The notes beneath the pieces were generated by a model. That model had not been told where the DNA came from. It searched no databases and saw only the letters and a program-made list of their open reading frames with translations. Positions 29,074 to 46,930 of a DNA stretch of 64,000 nucleotides are shown piece after piece (the first letter of the stretch is position 1; every line of letters begins with the position of its first letter). Source of the stretch: the human T2T-CHM13v2.0 reference genome, Homo sapiens; NCBI RefSeq assembly GCF_009914755.1, contig NC_060935.1. One strand, written 5' to 3'. The position numbers were made by a program, and so were the translations under genes.

Positions 29074-29544
29074 AACTTGCCTTGGCAGAAGAACCTAATA
29101 TCTGAAGGGATTTCAGAATCTTCTGTCACATACATCGAGCCTGCTTTTGTGTCTTTGTTCCAGCTACCTCCTCCTTCTCTGGTTTGACAGCTAGTGGCTC
29201 TGGGGAATTAGACAATGGGATAGAAAGGGGAAATCTCAAAGTTCTAGAATGGCCTCATGTTCCCTGAAGCTTACTGGGTTTCTGGCTCCAAGATGACCCA
29301 GTGGCATCTCCACTACGTGCTGGAGACTGAGAGGCTCAGGACAGTGCCTGAAGTTCATTCACCCTCAGGCTACGTCTTCAGGGACTCTGATCTGCTACTA
29401 AAACCAAGCCCCAGGGAGTGAAGGTCCCTGCCATGCCATCCCTCTGATCTCCTCCCTGTGAGGGCAAAGAAAACTACTGGGTGTTGATCATCCAGCACCG
29501 GTAGAGCCTGCAGTCAGCTCTTAGACTCCAGTATAATTGTGAAG

Positions 29545-29775
29545 TGTGCTGCAGCAAACAGGTCAGTTCAAATCCCAGCTTTACTTACTTCATGTTGTAC
29601 AGTCTTGAGCAGTGTGCTTAACCACCCTGAACCTTAGTTTTCCATCTAAAACATGGGTATTAAAAATATAACCTCCCACATAAAGTAGTTGATTAACTGG
29701 GCAAATGCATGGTCTGGTTTAGCACAGTGCTTGGCACATAATAAACACTCAATAAAAAATAGCATTCTTATTAAG
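29545..29775 (+). mobile_element. MIR
   Basis: GTTCAAATCCCAGCTTTACTTACTT...AGCACAGTGCTTGGCACATAATAAACACTCAATAAA. Confidence 0.8.
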
Positions 29776-29859
29776 CTATTTGGATTATATATTACCAGCA
29801 GAAGGATCAGGATTTGAATCAAAGTCTATATGTTTTAACTGTTGTATTACTTTTCTCAC

Positions 29860-30012
29860 CCAGTGAGCTTGTTAGCAAGACATATTTCAGATTTTAGCCT
29901 CCAAAGATGCTGATTCAGAGGATCTAGGGTGGAGTTCAGGAACCTGCATGTTGATATGCACTCCAGGTGATTCAGATGCAGTATCTAGGGCCATACTTTG
30001 ACAAGCACCCTA
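29860..30012. mobile_element. MER5-like hAT MITE
   Basis: GATGCTGATTCAGAGGATCTAGGGTGG...CTCCAGGTGATTCAGATGCAG...CCATACTTTGACAAGCAC. Confidence 0.65.
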
Positions 30013-30300
30013 GGCTTTTTCACTTCCCTGCTTGGGGCCAGGCACTGTACAGAGATACAGGTTTGGAGGAAGACCCTGGTCACATCTGGTCCTCAGCACA
30101 TCATCTGTCTGCACTCTGCAGATACAGCAAAGAACAGCTGCCCTCCTTGGTACATTTAGGTGGTTCTGGGAGTCCCATGGGGGGACCACATCCCCAGCTG
30201 TTGGCATGAGACAACATAGGAAAGCTGGAGCCCCCAAAACCAGCCCACTCTTTTTTTTTTAAGGTGGTTTTTTTCTTTATTTTTAAAAGGAAATTTAAAA

Positions 30301-32220
<1,920 letters not shown>

Positions 32221-32221
32221 T

Positions 32222-32449
32222 CAGTGGTTTTCCAACAAGCACAATTTTGCCCTGCATGGGGATATTTGATAATTTCTGGAAAGATTTTTGATGTCAGGAT
32301 TGAGGTGGGGTGGGATAATGGAATCTAGCAGATAATTGCCAGGGATGCTGCTAAGCTGCTAATTCCCCTAAAACAGTGCACTGGACAGGCCCCCTACAAC
32401 CAAGAACTCTCCTGTCCAAAAGTCAGTAATGCCAATGTGAGAAATTCTG
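32222..32449 (+). mobile_element. MER20 (hAT-Charlie)
   Basis: CAGTGGTTTTCCAAC...ATTTTGCCC...GCCAGGGATGCTGCTAA...GTCAGTAATGCCAATGTGAGAAATTCTG. Confidence 0.8.
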
Positions 32450-33033
32450 CTGGAGCAGAGCCTTGAGGCTCAGTGGGAAAGTATCCTGGTTGATTGATAA
32501 CATCTGGCATAGTATGGGGGGGGGTGCTTTGGTGACAGCTAATGTGTTCTATATCTGCAGATGACAATCTTTGAGGTTTGATTTCATTGCATCCTTTAAG
32601 ATTCCCATTGTATTAGGCCATTTGTGTGTTGCTATAAATAAATACCTGATGTTGGATATTTATAAAGAAAAGATGTTTTCTGTTCTTGTGTTAGTTTGCT
32701 TAGAACGATGGCTTCCAGTTTCATCCATATCCCTGCAAAGGACATGAACCCATTCTTTTTTATGGCTGCATAGTATTCCATGGTATATATGTGCCACATT
32801 TTCTTTTTTTACTTAAAAAAATTTTTTAAATTATACTTTAAGTTCTAGGGTACATGTGCAGAACATGCAGGTTTGTTACATAGATATACATGGGCCATGT
32901 TGGTTTGCTGCACCCATCAACTCGTCATTTACATTAGGTATTTCTCCTAATGTTATCCCTCCCCCAGCCTACCACTCCTTGACAGGCCCCGGTGTGTGAT
33001 GTTCCCCACCCTGTGTCCATGTGTTCTCATTGT

Positions 33034-36841
<3,808 letters not shown>

Positions 36842-36904
36842 TATGATGTTAGTTGGTTATTTTGCCCATTAATTGATGTAGTTTCTTCATAACATCGATG
36901 GTCT

Positions 36905-37937
36905 TTACAACTTGGCATGTTTTTGCAGTGGCTGGTACCAGTTGCTCCCTTCCATGTTTAGTGCTTCCTTCAGGAGCTCTTGTAAGGTAGGCCTGGTGGT
37001 GACAAAATCGCTCAGCATTTGCTTATCTGTAAAGGATTTTATTTCTCCTTTGCTTATGAAGCTTAGTTTGGCTGGATATGAAATTCTGGGTTGAAAATTC
37101 TTTTCTTTAAGAATGTTGAATATCGGCCCCCACTCTCTACTGGCTTGTAGGGTTTCTGCCGAGAAATCTGCTGTTAGTCTGATGGGCTCCCTCTTGTGGG
37201 TAACCCGACCTTTCTCTCTGGCCGTCCTTAACATTTTTTCCTTCATTTCAACCTTGGGGAATCTGACAATTATGTGTCTTGGGGTTGCTCTCCTCAAGGA
37301 GTATCTTTGTGGTGCTCTCTGTATTGCCTGAATTTGAATGTTGGCCTGCCTGCCTTGCTAGGTTGGGGAAGTTCTCCTGGATAATATCCTGCAGAGTGTT
37401 TTCCAACTTGGTTCCATTCTCCCCGTCACTTTCGGGTCCACCAATCAGACGTAGATTTGTTCTTTTCACAAAGTCCCATATTTCTTGGAGGCTTTGTTCA
37501 TTTCTTTTGGCTCTTTTTTTCTTTAATCTTCTCTTCACAGTTTATTCCATTAATCTGATCTTCAATCACTGATATCCTTTCTTCCACTTGATTGAATCAG
37601 CTATTGAAACTTGTGCATGAGTCACGAAGTTCTCGTGCTGTGGTTTTCAGCTCCATCAGGTCATTTAAGGTCTTCTCTACACTGTTTATTCTAGTTAGCC
37701 ATGCGTCTAACCTTTTTTTTTTTAAGGTTTTTAGCTTTCTTGCGATAGGTTAGAACATGCTCCTTTAGCTTGGAAGTTTGTTATTACTGACCTTCTGAAG
37801 CTTACTTCTATCAACTTGTCAAACTCATTCTCCATCCAGTTTTGTTCCCTTGCTGGTGAGGAGCTGTGGTCCTTTGGAGGAGAAGAGGTTCTCTGTTTTT
37901 TGGAATTTTCTGATTTTCTGCTCTGGTTTCTCCCCAT
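36905..37937 (-). pseudogene. L1 ORF1 remnant
   Basis: MGRNQSRKSENSK..., RNEQSLQEIWD, RRATPRHIIVRF, QPRISYPAKLSF, ...LQKHAKL, split by frameshifts. Confidence 0.93.
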
Positions 37938-38957
37938 TTTTGTGATTTTATCTACTTTCGGTTTGATGTTGGTGGTCTACAGATGGGGTTTTGGTGTGGA
38001 TGTCCTTTTTGTTGATGTTGATGCTATTCCTTTCTGTTTGTTAGTTTTCCTTATAGCAGTCAGGCCCCTCAGCTGCAGGTCTGTTGGAGTTTGCTGGAGG
38101 CCCACTCCAGATCCTGTTTGCCTGGGTATCACCAGTGGAGGCTGCAGAACAGCAAATATTGCTGTCTGATCCTCCCTCTGGAAGCTTCATCCCAGAGGGG
38201 CACCTGCCTGTATGTCTGTCAGCCCCTACTGGGAAGTGTCTCCCAGTCAGGCTACATGGGGGTCAGGGACCTGCTTGAGGAGGCAGTCTGTCCATTCTCA
38301 GAGCTCGAACACCATGCTGGGAGAACCACTGGTCTCTTCAGAGCTGTCAGACGGGGACGTTTAAGTCTGCAGAGGCTGTCTGCCTTTTGTTCAGGTATGA
38401 CCTGCCCACAGAGGTGGAACCTAGAGGGCAAAGGCCTTGCTGAGCTGCACTGGGCTCTGCCCAGTTCAAGTTTCCTGGCCACTTTAGGAGCATAAAACCC
38501 CCTACTCCAGCCTCAGCAATGGCAGACGCCCCCTCCCTGTCAATCTGAAGCGTTGCAGGTTGATCTCAGACTGCTGCACTAGCAGTGAGCAAGGCTCCTT
38601 GGGCTTGGGACCCGCTGAGCCAGGCATGGGAAGGGATCTCCTAGTCTGCTGGTTGGTAAGACCATGGGAAAAGTGCAGTATTTGGTCAGGAGTGTATCAT
38701 TCCTCCAGGTACAGTCTGTCACGGCTTCCCTTGGCTAGGAAAGGAAAATCCCCCGACCCCTTGCACTTCCCAGGTGAGGTGATGCCCCGCCCTGCTTCAG
38801 CTTGCCCTCCTTGGGCTGTACCCACTGTCCAACCAGTCCCAATGACATGAACCAGGTACCTCAGTTGGAAATGCAGAAATCACCTGTCTTCTGCATCGAT
38901 CTTATTGGGAGCTACAGACCGGAGCTATTCCTATTTGGCCATCTTGGAAGCATCCCC
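37938..38957 (-). promoter_or_regulatory. L1 5'UTR internal promoter (sense leftward, antisense rightward) with YY1 motif
   Basis: CAAGATGGCC on the minus strand at 38937-38946; CpGs largely decayed; activity unknown. Confidence 0.7.
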
Positions 38958-39553
38958 TGCCTTTATTCAGTCTATCATTGATGGGGATTTGGGTTGGTTC
39001 CAAGTCTTTGGTATTGTAAATAGTGCTGCAATAAACATACGTGTGCATGTGTCTCCCTCATAAGTGGGAGTTGAACAATGAGAACACATGGACACAGGGA
39101 GGGGAACATCACACGTGGGGGCCTGTCAGGAGGTAGGGGGCAAGGGGAGGGAGAGCATTAGGACAAATACCTAATGCATGCGGGGCTTAAAACCTAGATG
39201 ACAGGTTGATAGGTGCAGCAAACCACCATGGCACATGTGTACCTATGTAACAAACCTGCACATTCTGCACAAGTATCCCAGAACTTAAAGTAAAATAAAT
39301 AAATAAAAAGAGGTTTGATTGGCTTACTGTTCTGCAGGCTGTACAAACATGGCAGCAGGCAACTTTTAGTCATGGCAGAAGGTGAAGCGGAAGCAGGCAT
39401 ATCACTTGGTGAGAGCCGGAGCAAGGGCAGCAGAGGAGGTACCGCCCACTTTTAAACAGACCTCACGAGTACTCGCTCACTATCTCCAGGACAGCACCAA
39501 GCCACGAGGGATCCACTCCCATGACCCTAACACCTCCCACCAGGCCCCACATC

Positions 39554-39635
39554 CAACATTGGGAATCACATTTCAACATGAAATTTAGAGCAGACAACCT
39601 CTATATCTCATGTTGAAATGTGATCCCCTGTGTTG
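39554..39635. repeat. Inverted repeat with 37-bp arms and an 8-nt loop
   Basis: 39554-39590 vs the reverse complement of 39599-39635: 32/37 identical. Confidence 0.9.
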
Positions 39636-40959
39636 TAAGAAGCCCTCCCCCTGACCCTGATGCATGGCAGTTTAAGAACCACCCATGTACGTGAAAAGAC
39701 CTTTAAGAAAAAATGGAGATATATGTTGTATAACTATTAGTCTGCTCTGGAGTCATCTGGGGAAATCAGGGTCCGGTGGGTGGAGCATTCACTAAATGAG
39801 GGGGATTCAGTTAGGACACATCAAGCCATGGCTCCAGATAATTAGATCATCTAACTGAGGTTTAAATTATGCTAAACTGTTTTAAAATTACATTTGTGTA
39901 AATTATATTACACAGACTGAGAATGGCAATGCTCAGGTGTGGCAAAGACCTGATTTTATGTAAGTATTTACGTCCAACACAAATATTATTTTGTACCCTC
40001 ATTTGTCTGATGGGCTCATTCCAGGTCAACAGCTTTCTGTTACCAGGATTGATGCCATATCACCCATTAAGTGGAGAGAGTAGGCATTGTCACTCCTCTT
40101 GGCCAAATGAGGGGAATAGAGACTCAGGACAGCAATGTGGAATCCCACAGTTGATGATCTTGCAGTGCCCCTGAGGCCTGGGGACACGTGGAAGGATGAG
40201 ACTTAAGGAGCCTATTGCTATTCGGGGGCTTCCTCTCTGGCTTGATTAACTCTGAGGAGCCACTTCTTGTCCTTGGGGACCCAACCTCAGCCTATCCTAG
40301 GAACATAATAAAGGAAGAAATGGGCACATCCCCCAGAGCTCCTAGGTGGTGGGGACAGGCGGCAGGGGGATGTCCTGGGAGAGGAAAGGGCAGTCGGAAA
40401 AAGGTGTTGAAGAAGCAGTTAGATATCCCCTGATCCCCTTCCCAGCTCCACGCTGCAAGGTGACTGTGCCATCCCACCCAACAGAGGACTCTGAGTTTAT
40501 TGTCTGGCGACCATAAAGAAGGGAATCTCTGCATTGGAAAGCTCCAGGCACAAGGGAGGATGCGGCACCACACTGACAACAAGGGGAGTGTGTCAATGGG
40601 TCATTCAGAGGCTGAGACTGCAGCCTGCTCTGCGCCAGAATACTGGCAGCCAGACTTCTGAACTCCAAACAGGAGAACAGAAGTCCCCTCTGGGGAGTTG
40701 ACAGTTCAAGAAGACAGACCTAACAATACCAACATCCAGTATTTCCCCTAAAGGCTCAACCCTCCCACCCACTCTTGGGCCTGGTTCTGTATCAAGAGCA
40801 AACACTAAGGACCTCCAGGCATCCCTGAAAGTCTCTAATGTGAATGTAGAGATCTAAACAGATCATGTGTTTACTCTTCTGTGTATGATCACTAATTTTT
40901 CTAACCTCAAACTCTTTGCCAATTGTCCAAACATTTTTCAGCATTTTCATTCACACAGA

Positions 40960-42330
40960 TCATGAATGGAAGAGAGACACTACACAAGGAGAAAAGTCAT
41001 CATCATATAACCATAATAATAACAAACCCCTCTATCCAAAGAGAGACAACAGCAGATAAGGCATTCATGAAAAAAGAACATAATGCCATAAAAAAGGAAC
41101 ATGAAGCACAAGAAGAGGTCTTGGAGAACAAAAACACAAGAGCAGAAATAACAAATTCAGTAGGAGGTTTGAGAGCCAAAGTTGAGGAAATCTCTCAAGA
41201 ATATACAGTGCAATAAATCACTGAAACCAGGAGACAAATGACAGGAAAATTGGAGGACTAGTGCAAGAGCTCTAATAATCTACTACTCAAATCATAGGCA
41301 TTCTAGAAACAGAGGGAACATGGTAGGGAGGAAATGTCAATAAAATAAGAGAAGAAAACTTCCTAAAAGTAAAAGACATGAATCTCGAGATTGAAAAGAC
41401 CCCACAAGTGCTTACCTAGCACAGCAGATAAGCCACACGTCCAGATTTCCATCAGGGCAGGTCAAGGGAAATTTCAGGACATTGGTAGGATAGAGAAAGT
41501 CTACAAACTTTCTACAAATCAGAACAGCTTTAAACGTCTCAACAGTAATCCTGGAAGCAAGAAGACAGTGGAGCAATGTCCTTAAAATTTGGAAGGAAAT
41601 GTATTCCTAACCTAGAGTTCTATGTGAAGCCAAAATATAAAAATATCCTTAGATATGCAAGGTCTCGAGAAATTTGCCTCCCACCCACCCATTCACAGGA
41701 AACTACTAGAGGATGTGCTTCCCCATAATGGGAGAGTCCAGCTCGAAGTGAAGTTTGAGTGACAGGGAAGGGAGGGCCCAGGACGCCAGTTTGGGAATGC
41801 CAGAAGTTTCCAGGAGAGACTTCAAGATATCAAATTGATATCTTGATGTGAATGAAAATACTGAAAAAGGTTTGGACAACTGGCAAAGAGTTTGAGGTTA
41901 GAAAAATTAGTGATCATACACAGAAGAGTAAACACATGAAGAAATCATAACAGTCGTAACATTGAATACCAATCTCATTAAAATGATGGCACATCTATTT
42001 AGGGAGGATGGGAGGGATGGAAGTTTAGGGTTAAGGGGTAGGGGAGGACAGAGATTTAAAACTGCATCTCCTATACAAAGAGGCAATGGATAATGCCTAA
42101 AACTGAAAAATATACATAGCATTGCAAGCATGTTTTGTAGCAATAGAAGCCAAATGGCAGAGTGGTCAGCTGAGGGCATTGAAAGTTGTTATTTCTGGAG
42201 AAGAGGAAGTGGAGGGGGGGAAGGGCTGGAGAGAGCAGCTTGAATGAACCAGCCTCCTAAACCAGATGACTCTCTAAACTAGGCACACTTGGGTAACTGG
42301 TAAAACTGGATAATTAAAAACAATACAATT
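40960..42330 (+). mobile_element. HAL1 (half-L1, ORF1-like) remnant
   Basis: Decayed coiled-coil reading (NAIKKEHEAQEEVLENKNTRAEITNSVGGLRAKVEEISQ); CAAGGTCTC...TTGCCTCCCA...AGGAAACTACTAGAGGATGTGCT. Confidence 0.7.
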
Positions 42331-42334
42331 AAAG

Positions 42335-42495
42335 TATATGAAAAACTGGTAAATGTGAATAAGGTCTGTTTCTGAGTTAATAACATTGCACCAATGTCAA
42401 TTTCCTGATTTTGACAAAGGGTGCGTAGGAATTCTCCAAACTATTTTTGCAACTTTGTGTGAGTCTTAAATGATTTTGAATTAAAAGGCTATGTA
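42335..42495 (+). mobile_element. L1M 3' end fragment
   Basis: AAAAACTGGTAAATGTGAATAAGGTCTG...CACCAATGTCAATTTCCTGATTTTGAC. Confidence 0.7.
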
Positions 42496-44679
42496 AATAA
42501 CACAACAAGCATAACTACAATAGGAGAATGTGCTGTGCCTAAAGCCACACCTAACAGAGTAAAGGGCTTTGCTGGCCACGTCTGCCCAGGTCCTGGGTGG
42601 TGGGCCCAGGTGCCTCTGGCCTCCCAGGTACATCTAGACACGGTCAGACGGGGTTAATTGAAGAAACTGTCTGTCTCCAAGCCTCAGCTGAAGGCCAACA
42701 TTGCTAACTCCTAGAGAGGGCAGTGCGCAGAGGCTGAGCTATTCCTCTCCAGCAGTTTTGTGCAGAGCTGTGGAGGAGAAAACAAAAATTAAACCATAAG
42801 CATGCTGCTGACAGTGTCCTTTTAAAAGGAAATAAACACCTGCCAGTCACTGCCTGGGGAAAATGAGCCTTAATCATGCGGTCGGGTGGCGTCTGGCCAT
42901 CCCATTCTGCTCACATTCTCAGGGGAAGCTTGCGGGGCTCTGCAGCTGTGGGCGGTGGCCTCCATCAGGGGGCAGGGCAGGAGGGAGGTGGGCCAGGGCC
43001 AAGAAGCTGAGCGGCGCCAGCCTAGAAATTTCATCCACAGCCTCGTGGGACAGATGAGCAAACAGTGGGAAGGAGGCCCAGAGAGAACTTGAAGATGTGG
43101 AGTCAGGCTGATCTGCATTTAAACATTAGGACAACCTGATCCCAAATTACTTCAAACTGCATGGCCTCAGGCAAGAACCTCACACTTCCTGAGCCTCATT
43201 TTCTTCTCCTGAATATGGATGTTCCGTGTGAAGATTGGAAAATATTCCAGCACATTGCCAATCTACACGTGAAGAACAGTGGCCCAGAGGTATTGAGCAG
43301 CTTGCCTGGGATCACACAGCTGGCGAGGGGGGAAGCCAGGATAGGAACCGTGTTGGGAAGGGTTCAGAGTATGGCTCCACCCAAACCAAACCCTTTCCAG
43401 TCTTTGCCACTATCCCATGGTGTGCAGTTGGGGATTCGCAGATATTTACTGAGCACCTACTATGCACAGGCAGTGTTCTAGAAGCAGAAGTTGCAGCAGT
43501 AAGCAACACAGCCCCATGCCTTTAAGAAGTGGCATTCCAGTGGGGGAGGTAACTGTAGACAGAGACAGGAGACACCATGAGCCTGATGTTACAGGTGAGA
43601 GGTCAGCTGTCGAGGTATGTTGAGTACCTTGAGAATGTGTGTTGCCCACTGAAGGTGCCATACTGTCCCATCAAGGGCCCTGAGCCAGTTCCTCCATGCG
43701 GGCTGCAGGGTGTGAGTAATGAGGTGTGGATTTCAGCGTCCTGACTCCTGGAATGTGAGTGGAAAAGGCCAGTCTTAGTGGTTAGCTCAAAGATAGTCTC
43801 TGACCACGCTTAGGGCACTGGGATAATGAGCCTACACCCCTTCTTCCCAGACGCCCAAAGAGCTTCAGGGGCCTCAGGCACCACTCCTTAGACACCTGTG
43901 GCTAGCTGCCCCATGGGGTCCTGATTCCTGTGAGGCTACAGGGGCCCAGGCAGGGGCACTGGACTAGGGATCTAGCCCGTGTTGTGCTGCCCACTTGCTG
44001 TGTGACAAAGGGTGAGTCCTTGCCCTCTCTGAACCTCTATGTCCTCACCTGAACAACTTGGGGGCTGGATTTAAGAAAGGCAGCTCTGGTTTGCACATTT
44101 TGACATCTTCAAACCCTCAAGCGTTTGGGGAAGCATTCCTTTATTCAGCATCCTGGAATGCTCCCTATGTATCTGGTGCTCAGTTACAACGAGGAACAAC
44201 ACAGATGTGGCCGCTCACTTCATGGAGCTTACAGGACACTTAAAAGAAGCAGCCGTATCTGGCATGAAGCTGATCATGATATGCCTATGAAGGAAGAGCG
44301 TAGGGGGCACCTCTGGATCACTTCCTGTTGGTGGAGTGTATGGGGCTGGGTGACTGTAGATTATAGCATGGTGGATAGAACATAGGGCCAAGGAGGAAGG
44401 CCTGGGGGGGTCAGTGGGCAACCATTTGGGTCTGCAAGGGCAAGCTGGTGCTTGTGTGCCAGGACCGCAAACCAGGAGCCAGGGCTGGAGCTCCTCCAGC
44501 CCAGTGAGGTTCAAGGGAAGGGGGAGGGCAGTGGCTTCTTGTCACCATTTAGACACTGGGACCTAAGAAAATGGCTGAGTGAACTGTGTCACTCAGTTTC
44601 TGAGGCCTGCTTTCCAAGTTTATAAAACAGGCCTGATGGCATGGGTGATTAAATGACATGATACGTGAGTTACCTGCCA

Positions 44680-45270
44680 TCAGTCAGCCCCAGTGTCCAC
44701 TTCAGACCCTCTTTCAATCTACTCTCCACGGTATCAGGAGAATGAGCTTTTTGAAAACACAGACCCATCGTGCCACCCCTCTATTCACACGCTTGCCATC
44801 ATAACCAGGAGAAAGTCCAGCCTCCTCACCATGGCCTAGAGGGGTCACTTTGGCTGCTGTGCTGTTTCTTGAATATGCCAAGCACACTCCAGCCTCAAAG
44901 TCTTCACACTTGCTGTTCCATCTGCCTACATTATTCCCTCCACTAGTTTACATCTTGTAAACTCCTACTTATTTGTTAAGCCTCAGCTTAAATGATACTT
45001 CCCAAGGGAAGCTCCCGTCAGGCTGAATTTGGGCCCTTGTTTGTAACAACTATAAAATCATATACTTTTTCTTCAAATCCCATATTTATTCTTGCAGTTA
45101 TATGTTTAATGTGTGTCTGCCCCACCAGACTGTAAGTTCTTAGCAAACAGGGACCCTCTGCTTTGTTCATGATCATGTCTCTAGTGCCTGGTACCATGCC
45201 TTGTACATGGTAGGTGCTCAATTGTTCTTAATAAATAGTTTGTGATAGAAGGATTATATGAATGATTGAA
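44680..45270 (+). mobile_element. L2 3' region
   Basis: CACACTTGCTGTTCCATCTGCC...CCCACCAGACTGTAAGTTC...CATGGTAGGTGCTCAAT. Confidence 0.7.
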
Positions 45271-45639
45271 TGTCTATCACTTTACTTCAAGTTTCCCCTG
45301 GGACCAAGGCTCTGGATTGACTTCAGCAATTCTTGGCACTACCCACATTTGAAGTAGCAACCTGGACTAAGACTTCAGCACCCATGCCCCTATTCCCAGC
45401 TCTATGGGAATCTTCCAGTGAATTCTGGAAGTCATTAAACCTCTCTGGTTCTTAAGTTCCCACGTCTATAAAATGAGGAAAGAAAGCTCCTCCTCTGGTT
45501 TCCCAAAGAGTCTGGGAGGAGGAACGGCAGCAGCGCATCTGCAAAGTGCTGAGCCTCTGCAGGGGAGTGGCTGGCCTTGGTCTGCTGTACAGGGTGACAC
45601 GCATAATATCCAAAAATTGGAAACCAAGGCTGTCTCTGG

Positions 45640-46240
45640 TTATCCTCCATGGGAGTCTGCAGTACAGGAGAGGGATTTGAAGAAGAGGATCTGTCTCCCA
45701 AGTTCACCTCACAAGATCATGGAGTCCAGTGCCATAATGGAGGGAGAATTTGGGGGAAGTTTTGGGAGGAGGTGAATATATTTTGCACGTGGAAAAATTA
45801 TGGTCAAATGGAGGTTCTGTGGTGGATGAACAATGAAATCCTTTGTAGCATTTCACATTGAGGGCAAGAGTCCCTGTCACCTCTTGACCTTTACAAGAGG
45901 TCTCACAGCTCCCACTCTTGCTGTCTTGGAATCTAGCTGCCACATAAGGAAGCCCAAGCTAACTCCCTGGAGAAGCCACCTGGAAGTAAACTGAGGCACC
46001 TGATTGGCAGCCCCATCCCCATTGCTAGACTTGTGAGTGAGGCCATCTGGGACCAGCCAGCCCCTAGCTGACCTTGCCTCTTCCTTAAAACTGGTCCAGC
46101 CAACACCACACAAAGAGGATTCATCCCAGCGGAACCTTGCCCAAATTGCCAAACCTTAGAGCCATGAGTAGTCAGTGATGGTTGTTTTAAGCCACTCAGT
46201 TCTGGGGTGGCTTGTTTTGCCCCAATATATAATTGAGGCA
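45640..46240 (+). mobile_element. MLT1 (F/G/H-like) LTR (45818-46240) preceded by the end of MLT-int
   Basis: GGTGAATATATTTTGCACGTGG internal end, then TGTGGTGG...GTTGTTTTAAGCCACTCAGTTCTGGGGTGGCTTGTT. Confidence 0.7.
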
Positions 46241-46319
46241 GCTGTCTGTGTGTCCATTTGTCTCTTTGGCCAGACTTTCTTATTCTTCTTCCTGTCTCCT
46301 GATCACAGCAGAGCAGAAT

Positions 46320-46930
46320 ATTAAGAGCATGCAGCTGCATCAGAAAGATTTGGATACAAATCTTGATTTTCCTACTTACACGCTGTGTGACCTTAGACAG
46401 GTTTCTTAACCTCTCTGAACTTATATTTTCTTTCATCAGTAAGATGCACACACCTTTGGCTTATGGGTTGCGAGTTTGAAATGAGATACTAGTCAGTGCC
46501 TGGCACATAACTAGTACTCGTTAAATTTGTTAATCTGCCAATAAATATTTACTGAGCACATACTTCATGCTGATGCTGATCCTGGAATTAGGAGGCTGAA
46601 CAAGACAGATGAGAGCTCTGCCCTCACAGGGGTTATAGTCCAGAAGGGGAAGACAGAATAAACACTTGAAAAACAAGATGATGGCAGATGGTTACACATG
46701 CTCTGAAGCCTATGGGACAGAAAGTCTGAGCCCATGGGACTAAGGCATGACATGGTTCAGGGGATGGGTCTAGGGAAGGCCTCTGTGGGGAGGTGACATC
46801 TAAACCAAGAGGTGGTTAATGAGCAGTAGGCAGCCACAAGAAAAGCAGGAGAAAAGGTGCTCTAGGAAGAGGAGCCAGCATATGCAAAGGCCCTGTGGAG
46901 GGACAGAAGTGGCAGAGACTGAGGAACCCA
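46320..46930. mobile_element. MIR (+, ~46320-46530) abutting L2 (-, ~46540-46930)
   Basis: GCTGTGTGACCTTAGACAGGTTTCTTAACCTCTCTGAAC; ATAAATATTTACTGAGCAC...GAACAAGACAGA. Confidence 0.7.

Noticed and set aside
40923-41216. Coiled-coil ORF as a host gene
   Set aside because: HAL1/L1 ORF1-like remnant within a decayed repeat
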